From: Macrostomum lignano
Taxonomy: Eukaryota
Assembly (NCBI GenBank): GCA_002269645.1
Contig: NIVC01000032.1
Coordinates: 930,001-994,000, forward strand
Length of the DNA stretch: 64,000 nt
Direction of reading: 5' to 3'
Shown here one piece after another: positions 1 through 21,200 of this stretch. How positions within the stretch are numbered: position 1 is the first letter of the stretch; every line of letters begins with the position of its first letter. The notes beneath the pieces are model-generated. The model was not told the origin of the DNA, did not search any database, and was given only the letters and a program-made list of their open reading frames with translations. The position numbers and the translations under genes are program-made.

Positions 1-500
1 TTGTGTCTTCTTTGTGGCTCCTAGAAGTATTGTGTCTTCTTTGTGTCTCCTAGAAGTCTTGTGTCTTCTTTGTGGCTCCTAGAAGTCTTGTGTCTTCTTT
101 GTGTCTCCTAGAAGTCTCGTGTCTTCTTTGTGGCTCCCAGAAGTCTTTGTGTCTTCTTGACATCTTGTGTCTTTCAGAAGTCGTGTGTCTTTCTGTCTTC
201 TTGACATCTTGTGTCTTTCAGAAGTCGTGTGTCTTTGTGTCTCCTAGAAGTCTTGTGTCTTCTTTGTGGCTCCTAGAAGTCTCGTGCCTTTGTTTCTCCT
301 AGAAGTCTCGTGTCTTCTTTGTGGCTCCCAGAAGTCTTTGTGTCTTCTTGACATCTTGTGTCTTTCAGAAGTCGTGTGTCTTTCTGTCTCCTAGAAGTTT
401 GTGTCTTCTTTTTGGCTCCCAGAAGTCGTGTGTGTTGTGTTGATTCTAAAAGTCTTTTTGTCTTCTCTGTTGCTTCCAGTATTCTAGAAGTCTTGTGCCT
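1..500. repeat. Minisatellite, ~28-bp unit (TGTGTCTTCTTTGTGGCTCCTAGAAGTC-like)
   Basis: Degenerate tandem copies visible from base 1; probably intronic to the PLK4 gene. Confidence 0.85.
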
Positions 501-621
501 TTTTGGCTGTAAAGTCTAGTAAAGTTTGGGTTGTCATATCCTCTCAATACTACTCTTGTCTCATATACGGCTTTTAATATACACAGTAGTCTAAAACTCC
601 TTTTACTTTAATCCTTCTCAG

Positions 622-1155
622 ACTTACGATCAGGTTCGCAGAATTGAAGCAGTACTGACTGGCGTCTCCGGACAGGGTGATGTCTGCTGCTTCCCGGCTA
701 CCATTGGAAAACCGCCTCAGCAGCAGCAGCAAGAGCAGCAATCTGCTACAAACAATGAAGAAGCAACGGCATCTGCTTCTGCAGCAACAGCAGCAGCAAC
801 AGCAACAAACACTGAGACGCCTTCTTCTCCTGCCCCAGACATTCTCTCTGGAGCAATCGATTCAATGCTAATTGACACTCCTCAGCAGCAGCAGCAGCAG
901 CAGCAACAGTTATTGTTAACTAGATTTCAGCCGTTAAACGATTTAGGCGACGTTAGAATCGAATTTAACGACGGCAGCCAATTGGAACTCGGCTGCTCCA
1001 GTTCCGGCAGTTTAGACCGATTAGTCTACGTTAATTGCTACGGTAAACGCCGCTTGTTCGACTCGAATCGGCTGGAGCAGTTGGGTCAGCAGTTGCCGCC
1101 GGCTGTGGCCTGTAGGATGGCGCTGTTCCAGCAGCATCTGCAGGCCAACCAATGA
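622..1155 (+). CDS. PLK4: Terminal exon of Polo-like kinase 4 (SAK): end of polo-box 2, linker, polo-box 3
   Basis: Acceptor ccttctcag|ACT at 622, open to TGA 1153-1155. FPATIGKPP matches the PLK4 PB2 end (FPIIIGRKP). VRIEFNDGSQL...LVYVN..GKRRLF...LPPAVACRMALF matches PB3 (VWVQFNDGSQL...ISYTSPNG...LPDYIKQKL). Upstream exons lie outside the window. Confidence 0.85.
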   Translation, partial: TYDQVRRIEAVLTGVSGQGDVCCFPATIGKPPQQQQQEQQSATNNEEATASASAATAAATATNTETPSSPAPDILSGAIDSMLIDTPQQQQQQQQQLLLTRFQPLNDLGDVRIEFNDGSQLELGCSSSGSLDRLVYVNCYGKRRLFDSNRLEQLGQQLPPAVACRMALFQQHLQANQ

Positions 1156-1235
1156 GCTTTAACTGCCTGTACATTCGTTTCTAAAGTACATTTAGTAGAC
1201 TTTATTTAAAGAACTTTAGAAGAACTACTATTCAA

Positions 1236-1440
1236 GGGGGGGTTGTACTCTAGTGGTTAAAGCGTCGGACTTACAACTTGAAGGTTGGGGGTTCGATTCT
1301 TGACCCGTTCGGAACAATTCGTGTCCTTGAGCAAAATACTTAACTCTGCATTGCTTCAGTTCACCCAGCTGTAAAATGGGTGCCAGCATTAGCTGGGGTA
1401 ATTGAGGCTGTGTGTGGCGACCCCCCCCCTCAGTCCCCTC
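1236..1440 (+). mobile_element. tRNA-derived SINE with CORE domain, copy 1
   Basis: A box TAGTGGTTAA and B box GGTTCGATTC, then GTGTCCTTGAGCAAAATACTTAAC...CTTCAGTTCACCCAGCTGTAAAATGGG, which resembles the MIR/CORE consensus. Further copies at ~49676 and ~58640. Confidence 0.75.
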
Positions 1441-2125
1441 ATTAATATCATTATGATTAGGATTCAATGAAACTCCTAAAGTACATTTGAGGCCGCAGTT
1501 TTTAAGTGCATTTAGTAATTTTAAGTCTTTTAAAGTACATTTAATGAACTTTTCAAATCATATAGGAGGGAACTTATTAAACACGTGCTATAATAAAAAA
1601 ATACTATATATTAGTTTCAAATTTCCTCATTTGACCTCTGAATATCAGCTGTTAGCTCAGAATTTGTCTGCATTTTGTAGTAATTTTTTTTTAATTTTCA
1701 ATATTTAGCAAAGTTTTTATAATACTACTGTGTACGCTGTTTTGCTTGATTATAATAAGTTAGTTTGCATTTTTTATTATTTCAATATAAAGCTCCGTTA
1801 CCATTTGTCCAAATGATTTTGTTATTTTTAATAGAAATATTCAACATTTTAATGCTTGGCTTGCTTTGTTTTGTAAACTTTCAGTTTGTATTAGAAATTT
1901 ACTCCGTTAATTTATTTTTTGTAGTCCACTTTCCTGTTTCAAATTGGTGCTAAAATTTGTGGGTTTTTTTTTTAAAAATTCAACTTGTAAATAAATTTGT
2001 ACATATCGCCATATATTTAATGAACAAGTCTGACAATGCCAATTCAGATCAGTAAGACTGCAGTTTTTGTCTCTGGAGCGAAGTTTTTTTTCAACATAAT
2101 TATGCATTAATGTATTGGCTGGCAA

Positions 2126-2420
2126 AGGGGCGAGCAGCTCACTCATGGGCGAACGCGTCTGACTGTCGGGTGCCACGACCCATGGTTGAATTCCGTGAGC
2201 GGTGCGCGAAAATTGTTTACAGGGGATTTGTGCTTTTCACAGCCATGAAGGCCAATCCCACCCCCCTCCTTCCTGAAAGCACAGAGTGTGAGCGTGTGTA
2301 CGAGGGCGTACAGTATTGGCGCGCTAGTTATGTTCTCAGGAGTTTGCGGAATGGGCTGGATTGCCTCAGCTCTTGGCTGCATGGTTATTGAACGGTGTCG
2401 CAGAAGGCGTTGCATTAAGG
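2126..2420 (+). mobile_element. tRNA-derived SINE, family 2 (diverged subfamily)
   Basis: B-box-like GGTTGAATTCC head. Body (GCGCGCT...CTCAGGAGT..GCGGAATGGG) is homologous to 6595-6965 (-) and related to the family-2 copies at 10085, 54821 and 62911. Confidence 0.6.
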
Positions 2421-2464
2421 TTGCCCACCGCCCTCCTTGTGAATGTTAATATTATGGCATAAAA

Positions 2465-2510
2465 TTGCACAGAGACCTGAGAGAAACCAAAGGGAGATCA
2501 GAGAGAGACC

Positions 2511-2541
<31 letters not shown>

Positions 2542-2679
2542 CCTTAGAGAGATCAGAGAGAGACCAGAGAGAGAGAACTGAGAGAAACCAGAGAGAGAGA
2601 GAGACCTTAGAGAGATCAGAGAGAGACCAGAGAGAGAGAGAACTGAGAGAAACCAGAGAGAGAGAGAGAGACCTTAGAG

Positions 2680-2723
<44 letters not shown>

Positions 2724-3445
2724 TGAGAGAAACCAGAGAGATATCAGAGAGAGACCTGAGAGAGAACTGAGAGAAACCAGAGAGATATCAGAGAGAGACC
2801 TGAGAGAGAACTGAGAGAAACCAGAGAGATATCAGAGAGAGATCTGAGAGAGATATCAGAGAGAGAACTGAGAGAAACCAGAGAGATATCAGAGAGAGAT
2901 CTGAGAGAGATATCAGAGAGACCTGAGAGAGATATCAGAGAGAGACCTGAGAGAGAACTGAGAGAGAACTGTGAGAGAGACCTGAGAGGGAGACCTGAGA
3001 GAGAACTGTGAGAGAGACCTGAGAGGGAGACCTGAGAGAGACCTGAGAGAAATATCAGAGAGAGACCTGAGAGGGAGACCTGAGAGAGACACCAGAGAGA
3101 GATCTGAGAGACCTGAAAGAAACCAGAGAGATATCAGAGAGACCTGAGAGACACCAGAGAGAGATCTGAGAGATCTCCCCCTCCCTCTTCACCCCCTCCC
3201 TCTTCTCCCCTCCCTCTTCTCCCCCTCCCTCTTCACCCCCTCCCTCTTCTCCCCTCCCTCTTCTCCCCTCCCTCTTCTCCCCTCCCTCTTCTCCCCTCCC
3301 TCTTCTCCCCTCCCTCTTCTCCCCTCCCTCTTCTCCCTCCCTCTTCTCCCCTCCCTCTTCTCCCCCTCCCTCTTCACCCCCTCCCTCTTCTCCCCTCCCT
3401 CTTCTCCCCTCCCTCTTCTCCCCTCCCTCTTCTCCCCTCCCTCTT
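2465..3445. repeat. GA-rich minisatellite followed by a CT-rich ~14-bp repeat (CTTCTCCCCTCCCT)n
   Basis: Tandem repeats read directly; purine/pyrimidine strand switch near 3175. Confidence 0.9.
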
Positions 3446-3982
3446 CTGCCGTCTGTCTCCTTTCAGAGAAATAAATATTCGGGCTAACACACACAGGGTT
3501 ACCGTTGTGCCTTCGATAAACAATGCATTATTGTTTTATTCACGGCGGCTAGAAATTGATTAAAAAAATAAAAATTAAATTCCGTAATGAATGTATTCAT
3601 CCGTTTATTATTAATAATTGTTACCCAGCTTTACTACCGTAACAGCTAATGGCCAAAACTGTATGATAACAGATTTATACGAGTATGATAAATGTTGAAT
3701 ATATGCCATTTATATATCAAATATAACCATTAATACGATTGGACAAATAAGATAGCATGAACGAGAGTAGCCATAGGCTTGATAAAATTATTAATCTTGC
3801 AAGAAGCAGACAGGGATGCATGCAATGGTGTGCGCAAGATCGTTAAAATTTGCCATCATACAATAAACTAAAAATGGGTTCAAGCCTCTCGTTGAAGTTG
3901 AAGGGTCGCTTTCAATCTTGTGAAATTTCGAGCTTGTGAAGTTTTGAGTTTGTAACTTTTCACAAAAATATATAAATATATC

Positions 3983-4665
3983 AGGGGCGCCAGCACCAGG
4001 GGCGCCAGCACCAGAGGCGCCAGTACCAGAGGCGCCACTACCAGAGGCGCCAGCACCAGAGGCGCCAGCACCAAAGGCGCCACTACCAGAGGCGCCAGCA
4101 CCAAAGGCGCCACTACCAGAGGCGCCAGCACCAGAGGCGCCAGCACCAGAGGCGCCAGCACCAGAGGCGCCAGCACCAGAGGCGCCAGGCACCAGAGGCG
4201 CCAGCACTAGAGGCGCCAGGCACCAGGGGCGCCAGCACTAGAGGCGCCAGGCACCAGGGGCGCCAGCACCAAAGGCGCCAGCACCAGAGGCGCCAGCACC
4301 AGAGGCGCCAGCACTAGAGGCGCCAGGCACCAGGGGCGCCAGCACTAGAGGCGCCAGGCACCAGGGGCGCCAGCACCAGAGGCGCCAGCACCAAAGGCGC
4401 CACTACCAGAGGCGCCAGCACCAGAGGCGCCAGGCACCAGGGGCGCCAGCACTAGAGGCGCCAGGCACCAGGGGCGCCAGCACCAGAGGCGCCAGCACCA
4501 AAGGCGCCACTACCAGAGGCGCCAGCACCAGAGGCGCCAGGCACCAGAGGCGCCAGGCACCAGAGGCGCCAGGCACCAGAGGCGCCAGCACTAGAGGCGC
4601 CAGGCACCAGGGGCGCCAGCACTAGAGGCGCCAGGCACCAGGGGCGCCAGCACCAGAGGCTCCAA
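3983..4665. repeat. 15-16-bp GGCGCC minisatellite (CCAGAGGCGCCAGCA)n
   Basis: Tandem repeat; source of the GASGA and LAPLV pseudo-ORFs. Confidence 0.9.
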
Positions 4666-5008
4666 AGCTGCAGCATGGGGGCGCCCAACATGTATAATTT
4701 TGCCAGTCTGATTACGGCCGCTTCCGTGCTTCCTCCCCTCCCCCTTGGCAACAGTCCTGTTCAGACTGCGATGCAGTGAGCAGGGAGAATTCACGAGAAC
4801 AGATCTCACTGCTACATGTAGAACATTAGCAATAGCCAGAATACATTCACAATACACCAGGAGAACCATGCTATGTTAGATAAGAAAGTAACGGCAATTT
4901 ATATGCAGCTGTCCTTAACCTGATGAATGAGTCATCGTCCCGGATGTGGATTCAAGTCAGTGCCAACAACCATGGATTTTGAGAGCAGCTATACTGCTCC
5001 CGGGAAAA

Positions 5009-12868
<7,860 letters not shown>

Positions 12869-12923
12869 CTGGGGAGTTAATTAATAGGTTAGAAAACTGT
12901 AAGTCTTGACAGCCTTAGATCTG

Positions 12924-13600
<677 letters not shown>

Positions 13601-14142
13601 GACCTTGACTTTAATTTTGGCCTTCAAATTCGCATCGTATTCTGAGTGCGCTTAAGACACAATGCGAATGCCCAGACAGCAGAAGCTGAGGACACCACCT
13701 TGGCCCTGCCTCAGCCGAAACTGGAAAGCGAAACCAGAAGCTTCTTACGTTCAAACTCTCTGGATCATCATCTTCAGGGAAAAGTTAGTCGACTTAGTTA
13801 ATGCTTAGTTAATGCTGAGGACACACCCAAACTTTAAATAAGAACGTAGTCAGAGAGACACGCAGAAAGGGTTTGAGTTGAAACTGTCTTCTGCGAAAGA
13901 CAGACACAGGTCAGTAGATTGAGTGAGGGGCAGGAGGCGGGTTTTTGGCCCTCTTACCAGCGGACTTAGGGCAGGTAGGGCGCAAGGTGAGCTTGGGCGG
14001 TCAAGAAAATGCAGTGCATTGATGACAAAAGCCTGGAAACTGTGGTGTACAGGGGCAGAACTACAGAGCGACTGACGAGCCCAAAATATTGGCACGCGCA
14101 AGCACTGCAAGAGCAGGCATTGTGAAGCTCATCTGATCTGCG

Positions 14143-17100
14143 ATGGTTCGCATTGCCGGCTTTCGCAAAGTCGTTGTCCGCTGTTGGATTTTGTTCTGTG
14201 CTGCAGTGGGGATCGCAGCAGGGGCTGCAGTGCACTTTTGCTGGCCAGAAACTGCTGGCCAACCGGCCCCAGCTGAAGCTATGCTGCTCAGCTCCAACCA
14301 TCTCAAAACTCCAGTCAATGGCGACAACGTGAACCTGACTGAGTCGCGTGTCAGGCGTCGGGTGCCCTGGTGCGGCAACACCAGGCTATTATCGCCAGTT
14401 ACCGCTCAGGTAGTCCTTGACTCAGAATTGATACCCTTATGAGATTTATCCATTTTTTCTGTATTTTCTCAAAACTGATATGCCTAATGTATAGGACAAA
14501 CTGGGCTTTTTCTATTTGATCCCCTTGTCTGTATGATCCCAGGCCTTTTGCTTGCGGACTTGGCTACAACCTGATCTGCTCTGGGTCTTCTGTTGTTGGG
14601 CCAACGCCCTACCAGATCTTCAGCTGGTGGTCACCGACCTCCTCAGCTGCTAGGTCACCGCCGCTCTCCCAGATCCGCAGCTGTTAGGTCACTGACCTCC
14701 CAGATCCTCAGCTGTTAGGTCACTGACCTCCCAGATCCTCAGCTGTTAGGTCACTGACCTCCCAGATCCTCAGCTGTTAGGTCACCGCCGCTCTCCCAGA
14801 TCCTCAGCTGCTAGGTCACCGCCGCTCTCCCATATCCTCAGCTGTTAGGTCACTGACCTCCCAGATCCTCAGCTGCTAGGTCACCGCCGCTCTCCCATAT
14901 CCTCATCTGTTAGGTCACTGACCTCCCAGATCCTCAGCTGTTAGGTCACTGACCTCCCAGATCCTCAGCTGTTAGGTCACTGACCTCCCAGATCCTCAGC
15001 TGCTAGGTCACCGCCGCTCTCCCAGATCCTCAGCTGCTAGGTCACCGCCGCTCTCCCAGATCCTCAGCTGCTAGGTCACCGCCGCTCTCCCAGATCCTCA
15101 GTCGCTGGGCCAGTCTTCCAGATACTCAGTCGCATATGCATATAACACCGTGCCGTATAGCACCGCTGGCATGAACTTTTAGCTGTTACTGACTGCAAAA
15201 CATTTGTGGATAGCTAATTTTCGAAATCACCACAGAAAACTGCAGTAAAAGCTTTCTTGGAAAAATGATTAACACAAAGCTTCAATGTCACTCACTGCAT
15301 GTACTCTGCACAAAAGGAGTTCCAATTTCTGAGCAGCCACAGAAGCAACCGAGACCTGTTGGTCTATTCGGCCTTCTACGATCCGAGACTGGCCCCCCGG
15401 AAGCCAATAATCCGTAGCACCGGAATCGCCCGCAATGTCGACATGAGTGGCCTGATGTGCCAGCTGTGGTACCGGCGGTGGTCGCAGGTGATGGTCACCA
15501 TGCAAGCTCACGTGGAACGCCTGCCAGAGGGAGACAGTCGGCGCTACCAGGCTGTGTTGATTACCTGCAGCACTTCCTCCAAGGTTGAAGAGATACCCAG
15601 TGCTGTGTCATTTGCATGGTGAGTAAAACTGTGCCTACACAGGTGAATCTGATAGCTAAAGATGCCAGCAAGATGTAAGAATCACTGCTCCGAACCAAAC
15701 CAACTGGGATCGATAACTGGTCCGACTGGTAGCACATCCCGGTCCCTCCCTTGAGAACCCCATGGCATAAAGAGGATAAAATGAGGATTTCATGAGGATG
15801 CGCGCCTCCTCGGTAATCTGAGTAGCTGCGGCCGGAGTCCTTTAATCCCGTTCGTGACTCGGGACCGCAGAGCCTCGACCAAGACTTCTTCAGTCTTTAG
15901 CGAATTCTGTCACCTAGTGTTCTCCAAGCGAAAAATTTCACATCCTCGTGGTGCTTGGCTGGTTGTTCCCTTAGACATGGGTTCCGAAGTTTGACTGTGA
16001 ACCCGACAGTAGAGGAGGTGGTGAGAAAGGTCCTTGTCGGCTCTTCGATGAGGTGAAATACCCATGTAGAAAAAGAACACAACTAATTCTTTGGACGAAG
16101 CGACCGGACGCAAGTTGCTTCCGCTTCCGCAGGTCGCACTGCGCCCAGCCCGCCGGCTTCCTCCCGGTACGCGTTCTGCCGTCAACGCCGGTCCGCAACG
16201 GCCAGTTTGCCGTGTGCATGTCGCCACTTCACTCGTTTTACGACAATGTTGATGAAGCGGTGCAGACGCTCGAGTTGAACCGCCTGTTCGGTGCCAACCG
16301 GTTCTTTGTGTATAATTTCGCATCGAGCAAGCGGGTGGCATCGCTGCTTGCCAGCAAACACGTGAGTGATGAAGTGGCACTGTGGGAACTGCAGTTAAAC
16401 ATAGTTGTTGGTGGCTACGTGTACATGAATTGCAACTCATTACCCATTGGAATTTCTGACAAGAATTGAGTTTATGTGTAGCTCTTCACTTTGTGATCTA
16501 AACTTTGTGAATTTTGTGAAGCGTCCCATTTCAGACTTGGATCTTGGATCTGCACCAGCCACCCTCCGCACCCTTTCGCACCTGCAGTATGCCAAGGACG
16601 TCACCGTCCTGCCCTTCCAACCGCCGGTAAACGTCGATAGGTGGCCACAGCCAAGCAACTACACAGTCGAAGTGAAACACTTCGCCCAGATGGCCATGCT
16701 GCAGGACTGTGTGATGCGCGCCTCTGCCAAATACGAGTTCGCTGTATTCACCGACATGAACGAGGTCGTTGTACCGAGAAGCGAGGGTCTTAGCAACTGG
16801 CGGGACCTGGTTCGAGCCCGCATGTCGGACAATAAAGCCGCTGGCCTGTCACTTCAGCACGCAGATTTCTGGCTGGAGTGGCCCGCCGATAGCGAGATGT
16901 CAGCCAACGCCACGATCTCCGGCCTGAAGCTGAGCGCTCTGCTGAAACTGCACCACGACGAGGTGCGCCTACACGGCACCCCGTCAAAGATGATCGTCAA
17001 GCCGCATTTCGTGCAACTCATGGGCGTGCAGTTGATGTGGCGGTACACCAAAGGTTGGGGCACAGAGTATGTCAACTACCGGCTCGCTGGCGTGCATCGC

Positions 17101-17247
17101 TACCGAAGCTGGAAGGACCTCGGTCCACAGGACAGCGATCAAGTTCGCGATCCGACCCTGCTGCGCTACAGGGAGCAGCTCGTTGCTAACGTTCTGCGAG
17201 CCAGGACTGCCCTGGGCCTGCCCCTGCCTATCCATATTTCTGATTGA
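14143..17247 (+). CDS. Type II membrane glycosyltransferase, GT92/DUF23-like
   Basis: Exons 14143-14409 (N-terminal TM), 15317-15618 (VYSAFYD...LMCQLWY), 16133-16361 (FAVCMSP...LELNRLFGANRFFVYN), 16588-17247 (QMAMLQDCVMRA..YEFAVFTDMNEVVVP...SKMIVKP...HRY, stop). GT-AG and phases consistent; motif order matches GT92. Confidence 0.8.
14620..15110. repeat. ~27-31-bp minisatellite (CAGCTGTTAGGTCACTGACCTCCCAGATCCT) in GT92 intron 1
   Basis: Two interleaved unit variants in tandem. Confidence 0.85.
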
Positions 17248-17599
17248 GGTGTGTATAGAGTTGCCATGTCAACAAACCTGAAAAGCTGAAACGGGTGATA
17301 TTCGAGCTCCCGACCTCCCCGTCTGGTCACACAGATTTCTGTCTATGGCTGTAAATTCAATGGATCTCAAAGACTCATGCCTTTAACACAAGGACCCTTT
17401 AATAACATCGTAACAAAGACGTCCTTTGGGTACCCTTACTACTCAAACAAAGCTAGATATGCATGTATAAGGCGTATTCGAGTAGCTCAATACTGACTTG
17501 CTTTTACTGTTTTGTAAAACAATTCTAACTCCATTGTACTCGTACTACGAATTATCAAAAACGCTTATGAATGGCAGCAGTATCTTACGTTTGAGAACT

Positions 17600-18211
<612 letters not shown>

Positions 18212-18219
18212 CTCTTACG

Positions 18220-21200
18220 ACTGTCTGTGTGTTTAGCGGGACCTGAGTTATGTTAATGCGTTACGTGGACCACGCAATTCCGGTTAAAAAATAGAGTCTG
18301 TTTTGACAACGCGAAAGGCTAGCTAGGGTTATCTTTTTGTTAACTTGACGGAATAGCCAGTTCGGGGAAACTGTGGTGGTTTACTAACTACGTTTTGGGG
18401 ACCGGGTTAGGTGGACCGCAAAAAAACAGTTGGTTTAGTTAGACCTCTTTCGTTGTAGAAAATTTATTGCTTTAAACTGTTCTTTTGAACTAATTAAAAC
18501 AGAAATTCTCAAAAAGAACAGATAAAAGGGTTACGACGTCATTTAATGAAAATATCCCAAGTTCAAACCAATTTATTTAGCATTATTAATCGGGTTAATC
18601 GGGTTAAACAAATGTACGATCGCATTAGTTAGTTGCGTCGCGTGAATACAAGAAGGTGAATGAAAATAAAGCATTTTGAAAATAAATACAGAATCATATC
18701 AAATACTAACTGTAAACTCATTAAAACTAATTTAGGTCAAAATGTATGCTTCAAATACATGTTAACAAACGTAAGATTCCATTAGTTAAAAAAGGTCATC
18801 CGAGTACGAGCCTACAAGAAGTTGAAGGGCATTTTTAATAACGACAAAAGTTACTAAAACTGAAATTAAATTGATTTGACTACATCAGTCCTATTATACT
18901 GAATGAGTTGGTGAGCAATCATATGATAAGCCAATCATTTTACCGACTTTCATCTTTTCGTTCACGCAGATGATGGCTTAATCTTCTTATTTTTCTACGA
19001 AATATTCTCCTGGACCTTCCCTGCCTCCGTGGTCCGGGACCGCTTCTGTTATTGATCTGTCATTGCCTCTCTCACGAATTTCAGCTTACTCAGCCATCGA
19101 ATCCGCTTTCGTCAGCTCAGCTCTATGATGAACCTTTCTATATTTCTCGTCAATTAGTGGTTTGAATCTTCTTTTACAGTTCGTTTTAACCTTCATCTCG
19201 GTGAAACGCAGTCAGTCTCGTCGAGCTCAGGCGAACAAAATCCACCACAGGCTCCTACAAAGGTAGAAAATAAAATTAACTGACAATCAAACAGACACAG
19301 AAATCTGTTCCAGTTGTGTCTGTAGGTTATGTGGACCACCTGAGAGCCAGAGCCTCAAACAGACAGAGAAATCTGTTCCAGTTGTGTCTGCAGGTGAGGT
19401 GAACCAACTTCTGAGAGCCAAAGCTCAAACAGACTGAGAGAGCTGCTTCAGTTGTGTCTATAGGTTATGTGGACCACCTAAGAGCCAGAGCCTCAAACAG
19501 ACAGAGAAATCTGTTCGAGTTGTGTCTGTAGGTTAGGTGGACCACCTTCTGAGAGCCAAAGCCTCAAACAGACTGAGAGAGCTGCTTCAGTTGTGTCTGT
19601 AGGTTATGTGGACCACCTAAGAGCCAGAGCCTCAAACAGACAGAGAAATCTGTTTGAGTTGTGTCTGTAGGTTAGGTGGACCAGCTACTCCAAAGCACTT
19701 CTAGGCGATAATCTGAGCCAGGAATCTCCGAGAGCCTCTCGTTACACATCCAGATGTTCTGCCTTGATGCTGGACTAGCTCACTTTCTAGGAATCTGTTC
19801 TGATTGCATTCTAACAAACTGAAGCATTCTCGGCACTAAACTTTCTCGGCGGCTCTAAGAGCCAGAGCCTCAAACAGACAGAAATCTGTTCGAGTTGTGT
19901 CTGTAGGTTAGGTGGACCAGCTACTCCACAGCACTTCTAGGCGATAATCTGAGCCAAAAGTCTCCGAGAGACTTTCGTTACACATCCAGATGTTCTGCCT
20001 TGATGCTGGACTAGCTCACTTTCTAGGAATCTGTTCTGATTGCATTCTAACAAACTGAAGCATTCTCGGCACTAAACTTTCTCGGCGGCTCTGAGAGCCA
20101 GAGCCTCAAACAGACAGAGAAATCTGTTCGAGTTGTGTCTGTAGGCTAGGTGGACCACCTTCTGAGAGCCAAAGCCTCAAACAGACTGAGAGAGCTGCTT
20201 CAGTTGTGTCTGTAGGTTATGTGGACCACCTAGGAGCCAGAGCCTCAAACAGACAGAGAAATCTGTTCGAGTTGTGTCTGTAGGTTAGGTGGACCAGCTA
20301 CTCCAAAGCACTTCTAGGCGATAATCTGAGCCAGGAGTCTCCGAGAGACTTTCGTTACACATCCAGATGTTCTGCCTTGATGCTGGACTAGCTCACTTTC
20401 TAGGAATCTGTTCTGATTGCATTCTAACAAACTGAAGCATTCTCGGCACTAAACTTTCTCGGCGGCTCTAAGAGCCAGAGCCTCAAACAGACAGAGAAAT
20501 CTGTTCGAGTTGTGTCTGTAGGTTAGGTGGACCAGCTACTCCACAGCACTTCTAGGCGATAATCTGAGCCAGGAATCTCCAAGAGCCTCTCGTTACACAT
20601 CCAGATGTTCTACCTTGATGCTGGACTAGCTCACTTTCTAGGAATCTGTTCTGATTGCATTCTAACAAACTGAAGCATTCTCGGCACTAAACTTTCTCGG
20701 CGGCTCTGAGAGCCAGAGCCTCAAACAGACAGAGAAATCTGTTCGAGTTGTGTCTGTAGGTTAGGTGGACCAGCTACTCCACAGCACTTCTAGGCGATAA
20801 TCTGAGCCAGGAATCTCCGAGAGCCTCTCGTTACACATCCAGATGTTCTACCTTGATGCTGGACTAGCTCACTTTCTAGGAATCTGTTCTGATTGCATTC
20901 TGACAAACTGAAGCATTCTCGGCACTAAACTTTCTCGGCGGCTCTGAGAGCCAGAGCCTCAAACAGACAGAGAAATCTGTTCGAGTTGTGTCTGTAGGCT
21001 AGGTGGACCACCTTCTGAGAGCCAAAGCCTCAAACAGACTGAGAGAGCTGCTTCAGTTGTGTCTGTAGGTTATGTGGACCACCTAAGAGCCAGAGCCTCA
21101 AACAGACAGAGAAATCTGTTTGAGTTGTGTCTGTAGGTTAGGTGGACCAGCTACTCCACAGCACTTCTAGGCGATAATCTGAGCCAGGAATCTCCAAGAG

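Noticed and set aside
1236-1315. tRNA gene
   Set aside because: A and B boxes are present but no full cloverleaf, and it is followed by a SINE body; the same applies to the other SINE heads.
15860-15900. Possible Penelope-type hammerhead (minus strand CTGAAGA + stem II)
   Set aside because: The GAAA after stem II is missing. The surrounding 15660-16080 looks repeat-derived but I could not assign it.
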